In this document: positions 57,651 through 64,000 of the stretch, in pieces | Position numbering within the stretch: position 1 is the first letter of the stretch | Layout of the letters: every line of letters starts with the position of its first letter | DNA from: a virus | Taxonomy: Duplodnaviria > Caudoviricetes | Direction: 5' to 3' (one strand) | DNA length: 64,000 nucleotides | IMG/VR virus record: IMGVR_UViG_3300027813_000012 | Location: 3,958-67,957 of that record | Notes under the pieces: generated by a model | The model's database searches: none | Seen by the model: the letters and a program-made list of their open reading frames with translations, nothing else | Told to the model about the DNA's origin: nothing | Made by a program: the position numbers and the translations under genes

Positions 57651-58358
57651 ATGAAATTTGATAATATTGAACGTAGAATTTTTGTAGTAGCCTTTTTCTT
57701 AACTCTTTTAGTTATTTCTTTAGCTAGTTGTTCTAGCTACAGATTATCTACTTTAAATCACGAACCAACCGAGGTAGTCTACCTCAACATACCTAGTACA
57801 GTCAAAATAGACACACTAACTTATCGTCAGTTAAACTGGAAGATGAGAACTGATTTTACTTTTAGGTGGAACTTTGCTCAATACGCTAAAAACCAACCTT
57901 ACACTTGGTACATGTCTAACTACACTTTTAATATGTGGAGACCTTATAATTCGTTTGATGTATATTGGAATAGAGACGCGTTTTGGAACCATTGGGCTTT
58001 TGGTGTACCTAGCTGGAATTACTGGAACTATAATAATTATGGTTGGTTTGGTTTTAATAATTATCGGGAAGTATCTTATGTTAGTGGTAGAAGAGGTAGC
58101 GCTATGACTACACAAGATAGAAGAGGTATCGCAGCTATGATAGAAACTTCTAAACGTAAAAAAGTAACTGTTAGAAATACCAATTGGAATAACAATAGTA
58201 AACCAATTGTAAATAGTAACAATAACATTAGAGTTTATCAAAACCCTAATAATCCTATTATAAATAAACCACCTACTATAAATTACAATAACGCAGGTAG
58301 ATCATCAGTGAATGCAACTAAACCTGTATCTAAAGGTCCACCAAGAAAAAGAGACTAA
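57651..58358 (+). CDS. Lipoprotein, W/Y/N-rich
   Basis: Lipobox ISLAS|C after hydrophobic stretch. Confidence 0.65.
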   Translation: MKFDNIERRIFVVAFFLTLLVISLASCSSYRLSTLNHEPTEVVYLNIPSTVKIDTLTYRQLNWKMRTDFTFRWNFAQYAKNQPYTWYMSNYTFNMWRPYNSFDVYWNRDAFWNHWAFGVPSWNYWNYNNYGWFGFNNYREVSYVSGRRGSAMTTQDRRGIAAMIETSKRKKVTVRNTNWNNNSKPIVNSNNNIRVYQNPNNPIINKPPTINYNNAGRSSVNATKPVSKGPPRKRD

Positions 58359-59170
58359 AGATTAGTTTTTTGTGCTCTTGGTAAGATTTTTGATACCTTA
58401 GATTTCTTAGGTGCGGTCTTGGTAAGCTTTTCATTTGTCATCCACCCATCATATTCTATCTCTTTTATTTTAAGATCACTTAGGACATGCCATTTAAGCA
58501 TCCCTTTTCTTTCTAGGTAAGAAACATACTGTTGTTCCATATTTCTATCGTGGGCTGATCTATTTAATATATAAACTGGCAAATGCCAACTATGAGGAGG
58601 AGAAGCACTTATTCTACCTCTCTTATCCTTCCCTAAAACATCACCAACACTTTTAGCAAAGAAATCAAAACCTACTAAGTCTATACTTGCGTAGGTTTTT
58701 ACTTTTTGTATAAACCATAATATGGTTAAAAATCCAGCGCTAGGCCTAAACTCACTAGGATTATACATGTCTTTATCGAAAGTCATCATGACCTCAGCAA
58801 TCTCTTCATCGGTATACATTTGAGTGTATTCCATTCCTTCAGGTAAACGATCCTCAATTATCCAATCTTTCAGTCTAAAGTTACCTCTACATCTATTTAG
58901 CAAGATTTGCACATCTTTAAATATACCGGTCTCAAAGTCTTCTCTTCTATTGTTGTAGCACGGTGACCTAAATTGGCCCGTAACCCATATGTCTACCCTA
59001 GAGCCTAGTGATTTTTCTTGTTCTGGCGTAGCTAGTATAGCTCTACCGAATCTAACAACAATATCATACTTGTCTATTTCCTTAGCCAGCTTGTGGTGCA
59101 TTATCTCTACAGAGTTCCCTACGAATACTATAGATTTACCCCTTACAAGCTCTTGTATGTCTCTAACCAT
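58355..59170 (-). CDS. GT29-like (sialyltransferase-like) glycosyltransferase
   Basis: Sialylmotif-like L (IVFVGNS..EIDKYDIVVRF), S (PSAGFL), 3 (LVGFDFF), VS (HDRNME). Confidence 0.75.
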   Translation of the reverse strand: MVRDIQELVRGKSIVFVGNSVEIMHHKLAKEIDKYDIVVRFGRAILATPEQEKSLGSRVDIWVTGQFRSPCYNNRREDFETGIFKDVQILLNRCRGNFRLKDWIIEDRLPEGMEYTQMYTDEEIAEVMMTFDKDMYNPSEFRPSAGFLTILWFIQKVKTYASIDLVGFDFFAKSVGDVLGKDKRGRISASPPHSWHLPVYILNRSAHDRNMEQQYVSYLERKGMLKWHVLSDLKIKEIEYDGWMTNEKLTKTAPKKSKVSKILPRAQKTNL

Positions 59171-59793
59171 TCCTCTGCATATTTTCCAGGTTTATTGTAA
59201 GCGTCAAATAAAGGTGTTCCGTTAGTGTAGTGTAATGCTCTGGCTTTATCTGCGTTGTGGTATCCAACTAAACAATTGTATCTACTTGGTAAGTCAAAAA
59301 TATCATTATCATTAATGAATTTAAACTCATGAAGTTGAGATGGGGTTGCGTTGTCTAGGTATTCTTTTGAAAGTTTATTCTTAAACTCTTTGTTATTAAA
59401 TATCATTAAAGAGCTCCAGTTTTTCTTTGGATAAGACTTATTCTGTATGCCATCCATTTTAATATCTCTAGGTACATAATCTTTATGTTTAACTAAAGCC
59501 ATGCTTTTCTTTAGGTATCTTCTCATTTCATTAGGATCGCATTTCCATAAAAAGTCATTATCACAGAACATTGCCGTACCTTGATAATTACAAATCATTG
59601 GTACATAGAACCTAGTAAATGAAAACTCTGTTGATTCTCCTTCTACATCTTTTCTACCATACAATCCATGTTTTTTTAAATGCTCTTTATCTAACCAAGT
59701 TATGTCAGCGTCTGGTTGATATTTCCTAATAGACGCTTCACAGACTTTTGTGACGTCTTTAAATCTCGAATCGTGTCCAATAAATATTCTCAT
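59143..59793 (-). CDS. GT-A glycosyltransferase (GT8-like)
   Basis: IFIGHD, STEFSFTRF, FCDND (DxD), KNWSSLMIFN, LHYTNGTP. Confidence 0.8.
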   Translation of the reverse strand: MRIFIGHDSRFKDVTKVCEASIRKYQPDADITWLDKEHLKKHGLYGRKDVEGESTEFSFTRFYVPMICNYQGTAMFCDNDFLWKCDPNEMRRYLKKSMALVKHKDYVPRDIKMDGIQNKSYPKKNWSSLMIFNNKEFKNKLSKEYLDNATPSQLHEFKFINDNDIFDLPSRYNCLVGYHNADKARALHYTNGTPLFDAYNKPGKYAEEWLETYKSL

Positions 59794-60335
59794 AATTTTT
59801 GTTTTTTAGTTGCTACAAAATATAAAGCTCCTTTGTTTGATGATACTTCAAGAAAATTCCAATATTTTCCAAGTTTTAAAAGCCACCAAGGGGATTTTTG
59901 TATTGTTAAATGTAAGTTAGTGTGATTAGGGAAAGCACCTTTAGCTGGTGTTAAAGCTATACTTTGAACTGTAAAGTTATTTGTTTTGTCATAAATATGT
60001 TTTATAACATTGTCTACTAAGTCTGGCTCAACGTGCTCCATCACGTCAAAACACACACTAGCATCACAAGCTGGTGGGTCATGGTCAAAACCCTCTCTTC
60101 CTGGCTCGTATTCATGAACATCAAAGCCTAAATCATCCCCGTGCTCCCATAGAAAAGACCTCTTTAAGTCACCGCTACCACAACCATAATCTAATATGGA
60201 TTTTGATTTAGATAGCTTCATGTATTTATATATTTTATCTTCGTGTCCTCTTACCGCTCCACCCCATTTGCTATTTATTTTACCGTGTTTTTTTTGGAGC
60301 ATTTCTTTATACTCTTTAGATACTAGGTTTTCCAT
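59790..60335 (-). CDS. Class I SAM-dependent methyltransferase
   Basis: ILDYGCGSG, CFDVMEHV; start trimmed to MENLV. Confidence 0.85.
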   Translation of the reverse strand: MENLVSKEYKEMLQKKHGKINSKWGGAVRGHEDKIYKYMKLSKSKSILDYGCGSGDLKRSFLWEHGDDLGFDVHEYEPGREGFDHDPPACDASVCFDVMEHVEPDLVDNVIKHIYDKTNNFTVQSIALTPAKGAFPNHTNLHLTIQKSPWWLLKLGKYWNFLEVSSNKGALYFVATKKQKL

Positions 60336-60339
60336 TTGT

Positions 60340-60684
60340 TTATATTTTTGTTCCTGATGATTTACGTTTAATGTCGTCGTGATTAAACTCTGCCCAGTAC
60401 AGTTCAAAAGCAACTCCAGGCATTACACCCTCAAATTGATGGTACTTACCTGGTTTAACCATAGTGAAGTCACCAGCTTTTAGTATTGTCTCATCTACAA
60501 GGCCCTGGTCATCTTGCCATACTCTTATTATCATCTCTCCTGATTCTACAAAAAATCCATTCCATTTGAATTTATGTTCGTGTTCAGAGCATTTATACCC
60601 AGCGTTAAACTCTATTCTGTGAAATTCTAAAACTCCATTTTTGTGGATCATCTCTGTTCCACCCCATATTTTACCTGCTTTCAT
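60340..60684 (-). CDS. Cupin protein (sugar isomerase-like)
   Basis: CSEHEH..FFVESG..GKYHQF. Confidence 0.75.
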   Translation of the reverse strand: MKAGKIWGGTEMIHKNGVLEFHRIEFNAGYKCSEHEHKFKWNGFFVESGEMIIRVWQDDQGLVDETILKAGDFTMVKPGKYHQFEGVMPGVAFELYWAEFNHDDIKRKSSGTKI

Positions 60685-60686
60685 AA

Positions 60687-61493
60687 TTATATTCCGTTTT
60701 TAAAGTAAGGAGTTTTCCATTTTTGAGAATTTATTGGAAACCTAACTGATTTGATTATTTTTTTAATTGTTTTAGTAGGGTTGAAGTCAAACCATTCCGC
60801 TCTCTTGTTGTCCTTTAGGGATGATATTTTAAATGCTTCTAGTGATTGCTTGTCTTTATTAGAAAAATGAATACTACATAAAATCCTTGGACCTATCGCA
60901 TCAACTTTATGATACTGGTATTGCGGTATGTATAGCATATCACCTTCGTCTAACGTAAACTCTTCTAATATTGTTTCAGGTTTATCAGGTATAGACTCCT
61001 TGTATATAGTCCATTTAACTTTGCCTTTCGTATGAAACAAAAAGTTTTCTGTAGCATCACCATGAGCCGGGTAACTTTTAGATCCAGCTGAAGGAGATGC
61101 ATAAACATTCACTTGGCCTTGTTTAAAGTATCTTTCAAATTCAAAGCACATATCTACGAGATCTTTATTTTCATACTCTGCAAATGGTATAACAAAGCTT
61201 TTACCCTTGCTCCAAAGATTCGCTATTTTATTTTTACTAAGTATTTCGGTTTTATCCTTGCCACTTCTAGATTTGTCTAAACAAAATTTACCATCCTTGT
61301 CGTCGTAATCTATTACTTGTAATGACTTAACAAAGGGGTATCTATTTATATAATCACTCAAGTTGTCGAAAGTGAACAAATTTTTGAATTTATTTCTTCT
61401 AAGTATTAAGTGTTTTTTGCCCCAGTACTCTTTAAAAAATGTTTGCACTGGAACTGGATCTAATATTTCTTCTAATGTTATTTTATTTTTCAT
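60687..61493 (-). CDS. JmjC/cupin-4 2OG-Fe(II) hydroxylase (YcfD/NO66-like)
   Basis: FFKEYWGKKHLIL, VNVYASP..AHGD, LDEGDMLYIP..YHKV. Confidence 0.85.
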   Translation of the reverse strand: MKNKITLEEILDPVPVQTFFKEYWGKKHLILRRNKFKNLFTFDNLSDYINRYPFVKSLQVIDYDDKDGKFCLDKSRSGKDKTEILSKNKIANLWSKGKSFVIPFAEYENKDLVDMCFEFERYFKQGQVNVYASPSAGSKSYPAHGDATENFLFHTKGKVKWTIYKESIPDKPETILEEFTLDEGDMLYIPQYQYHKVDAIGPRILCSIHFSNKDKQSLEAFKISSLKDNKRAEWFDFNPTKTIKKIIKSVRFPINSQKWKTPYFKNGI

Positions 61494-61520
61494 TATTTAA
61501 TTTATGTGTATCAATTATAA

Positions 61521-63242
61521 CTACCCGTCACAACTCAAACAGTCCTCGTCCATAGCTGCTTTAGCTATATCACCTCTAAGAACCGATTCAGTCCTCATGT
61601 AATACAAAGTCTTAACGCCTTTTTTCCAAGCATCTAAATGAACCTTGTTTATAAACTTAGGTTCTGCTTCAGATGGGAAAGCTAGATTAAGGCTAACAGA
61701 TTGGTCAACATATTGTTGTCTTATACCCGCTTGGTTAATTAGCTCTAGCTGATTGATTTCTTTGAAAGTTCTGAAGACTTCTTTGAGCGGTATGTCGTGA
61801 TCGCCCAATGTAATTTTCTCTAATGCTTTGACGTCCTGCACCGAGCCCTCGTCCTTTAAGATCTGGTCCCATATTTTTTTATTATTTAAATTATTATCTG
61901 TTAATACCTTTTCAAGAGTTGGGTTTTTACGTATGAACGTACCTTTTGCTGATTGATCCGTGAATACATTAGCAGCCCAAGGTTCTATTCCTGGTGATAT
62001 ATTTCCGCTAAGCTTACTATTACTAACAGTGGGAGCAATAGCACGCAAGTGAGTGTTACGCATACCAGTACCAACACACCATAAAGGCTCACCATAAGCC
62101 TCAGCAAGAGCCATTGAAGCCCTTTCGCTTTCAATTTTGATTTGACTAAATATTCTTCTTGTTTCATATTGTGATAATAAACCTTCAAATGGAAGGGATT
62201 TTTGTTGTAAGTATGTATGCCATCCTAAAACGCCTAACCCTAAAGCTCTACCTTTTTCAGCAGATCTTATGGCGTTTTCAAATCCTTTTAAACCTTTAGC
62301 TCTTTGTATGAACTCCTCCATGACACCGTCTAAAAAGAATATACTATCGTATATAAGATTAGTGTGCTTCCATTCATCATACTTAGCTAGGTTTAGACTA
62401 GACAAACAACACACAAAGCTATGGCTTTCATCCGTGTGTAGTGTAATCTCAGAACATATGTTGGTCATATAAACCTTCAAAGCGTTCTCCTTGTAAGCTA
62501 CGGGGTTATTCTTATTGACATTACCTTTAAACATAATGTAAGGTTCTCCAGTTGCTTTACGCTTCTGTAGTAGCTTACCCCATTTTCTTCTAGCAACCTT
62601 ATCTCCAGCCGTGAGTTTTCTCATAAACTTATCACCAATAACCGCACACTGATGTAGGTTTAATGATTGTCTATTTATATCACCCTTAGGCTCTCTTATA
62701 TCGATCCAGTCTTCAAAATCAGCATGTTCGATGTTTAGATTAACTGATGCTGCACCTCTTCTAACTGATCCTTGATTTGTTGCTAGTATCGTTGAGTCAT
62801 ATATTTTACAAAAAGGAACAACACCATCTGATGTACCGTTCCCAGTTATCTTAGCTCCAGCTGGTCTAATTTGATTAATTCCAATTCCAACTCCTCCTCC
62901 GTGTTTAGCTAGTAGCATCATCTCTAGGTTTTTTGTGCCTATATCGGATATACTATCCGCAACATCTATTCCAAAACAACTTATTGGTAAACCTCTGTCC
63001 GTACCTGTGTTAGAGAGCACGGGAGAGGCTAAACATAACCAGCCATTCCATATATACTCAAAAAATTTATCAGCCATCTCAGGACGATCTAATCGTCTGG
63101 CGACTGTTTTAGCTACTCTAACATAAGCTTCTCTTGGAGTTTCATCTGCTAACAAGTATCCACCTTGTATTGTTTTTTTGTAAACATCAGAATCTGCCCA
63201 ACTTGGGTAGTCCTGTCCTTTTATCCATCTATTACTCCACAT
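61521..63242 (-). CDS. nrdA: Ribonucleotide reductase class Ia alpha subunit (no ATP cone)
   Basis: LASPVL, ISCF, TNICSEI, CCLSSLNL, AIAPT, KTLYY, C-terminal CLSCDG. Confidence 0.95.
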   Translation of the reverse strand: MWSNRWIKGQDYPSWADSDVYKKTIQGGYLLADETPREAYVRVAKTVARRLDRPEMADKFFEYIWNGWLCLASPVLSNTGTDRGLPISCFGIDVADSISDIGTKNLEMMLLAKHGGGVGIGINQIRPAGAKITGNGTSDGVVPFCKIYDSTILATNQGSVRRGAASVNLNIEHADFEDWIDIREPKGDINRQSLNLHQCAVIGDKFMRKLTAGDKVARRKWGKLLQKRKATGEPYIMFKGNVNKNNPVAYKENALKVYMTNICSEITLHTDESHSFVCCLSSLNLAKYDEWKHTNLIYDSIFFLDGVMEEFIQRAKGLKGFENAIRSAEKGRALGLGVLGWHTYLQQKSLPFEGLLSQYETRRIFSQIKIESERASMALAEAYGEPLWCVGTGMRNTHLRAIAPTVSNSKLSGNISPGIEPWAANVFTDQSAKGTFIRKNPTLEKVLTDNNLNNKKIWDQILKDEGSVQDVKALEKITLGDHDIPLKEVFRTFKEINQLELINQAGIRQQYVDQSVSLNLAFPSEAEPKFINKVHLDAWKKGVKTLYYMRTESVLRGDIAKAAMDEDCLSCDG

Positions 63243-63243
63243 T

Positions 63244-63501
63244 TTATATTAATTTTATTAAGTGATTTATCCAAGCCATTAGGCCATTTACGTTTAATAC
63301 TACTAAGTTCCATTGCTTACGAGATGCTGTTTGAATCATAACACATATAAAACCCGCTATGTATAGCATCGGCTCTAATGTCCATTGAGCAGCGATTAAA
63401 AATCCAGCACCCATATAACCAATTCTTGAGGCAATCTTCTGCCATGATGTTAACTTATTCGTATAAGCTAACATCTTTATTATATATTCTTTACTTACCA
63501 T
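63244..63501 (-). CDS. Small multi-pass membrane protein
   Basis: Three hydrophobic segments; between nrdB and nrdA. Confidence 0.55.
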   Translation of the reverse strand: MVSKEYIIKMLAYTNKLTSWQKIASRIGYMGAGFLIAAQWTLEPMLYIAGFICVMIQTASRKQWNLVVLNVNGLMAWINHLIKLI

Positions 63502-63998
63502 ACATCTTCAAAATCATCACCTTCATTCGCTTTACTATAGTCAGTTGACCTAATTGCGAAAAAATCAGTGTGAGTGTGACCCCCAGTAAGATGGTAGAAC
63601 CAATCCAAGTTAGCCGCTGCTTTTTCGTCAAACTTGAATATTTCTTTGTAACCGAGTTCAATAAGTTTTTCATTTGTTCTTTTTCTAATAAATTGCTTTA
63701 GGTCATAAGCTTTAATACCCTCTATGTCACCCATCTCAAACATCTTATCTATATACTTTTCTTCTAGCTCTACCATAGTTTTAGCAGCTGTGTATATATC
63801 TTCTTTACATGCTTCTAATAAGGTTTGATCCTCTTCACACATATGCCTAAATAATTGGCATCCCATTTTGCTGTGTAAACTTTCATCTCTTACACTCCAT
63901 TTCATTTGCTGTCCAATCCCTTTAAGTAGGTTGCGTAGCTGAAAGCTATAAAGTACAGCAAAGGCACTATAAAGGCTAACGCCTTCAGCAAAAGCGGA
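63495..63998 (-). CDS. nrdB: Ribonucleotide reductase beta subunit, C-terminal part; begins beyond window
   Basis: FAEGVSLYSAFAVL, SVRDESLH, HTDFFA. Confidence 0.93.
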   Translation of the reverse strand, partial: SAFAEGVSLYSAFAVLYSFQLRNLLKGIGQQMKWSVRDESLHSKMGCQLFRHMCEEDQTLLEACKEDIYTAAKTMVELEEKYIDKMFEMGDIEGIKAYDLKQFIRKRTNEKLIELGYKEIFKFDEKAAANLDWFYHLTGGHTHTDFFAIRSTDYSKANEGDDFEDVW

Positions 63999-64000
63999 GA

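Noticed and set aside
12619-58241. Numerous antisense or alternate-frame ORFs inside long genes (e.g. 12994-13470, 15262-15627, 22077-22388, 38609-39076, 57831-58241)
   Set aside because: Shadow frames of biased coding sequence with no recognisable motifs
58355-58358. Convergent overlapping stop codons without a terminator hairpin
   Set aside because: Common in compact phage genomes; no further structure seen
1-64000. Stop-codon reassignment as in some crAss-like phages
   Set aside because: Long genes are intact in code 11, TAG/TGA act as normal stops, and no suppressor tRNA was seen

Overview
AT-rich dsDNA phage genome segment, most likely a podovirus of a marine Bacteroidota (Flavobacteriia) host. 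The host call is an inference from SD-less A-rich gene starts, signal peptides followed by Gln, and a TerL-portal-scaffold-MCP-tail-ejection gene order like crAss-like/Cellulophaga podoviruses. There are two transcription blocks. The minus-strand block (1-11644, and again 58355-64000) carries primase-helicase, SSB, RecE-like nuclease, ERF, a sigma70 factor, pyrimidine-dimer glycosylase, ATP-dependent ligase, small early genes, an RNA array, a glyco-modification cassette and nrdA/nrdB. The plus-strand block (12218-58358) carries GroEL/GroES, internal proteins, holin, tail fibres, head/tail genes, a 2457-aa ejection protein and envelope/lysis genes. Three features stand out. (1) Two very Thr/Ser/Asn-rich 10-residue-repeat proteins are interleaved with a methyltransferase and a KpsS-like glycosyltransferase, and a second cassette has GT29 sialyltransferase-like, GT8-like, methyltransferase, cupin and JmjC genes: a candidate phage-encoded virion glycosylation system. 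(2) A tightly packed RNA array contains, besides tRNA-Gly and tRNA-Met, a 93-nt tmRNA-like tRNA-like domain (G3:U70, no tag region) flanked by two 78-nt structured RNAs; a separate 41-nt acceptor+T-arm mini-tRNA lies at 11233-11273. (3) A conserved TACGA-N7-nCGATWAT motif occurs in seven copies, a probable promoter for the phage sigma factor. All calls are by eye; no searches were run.
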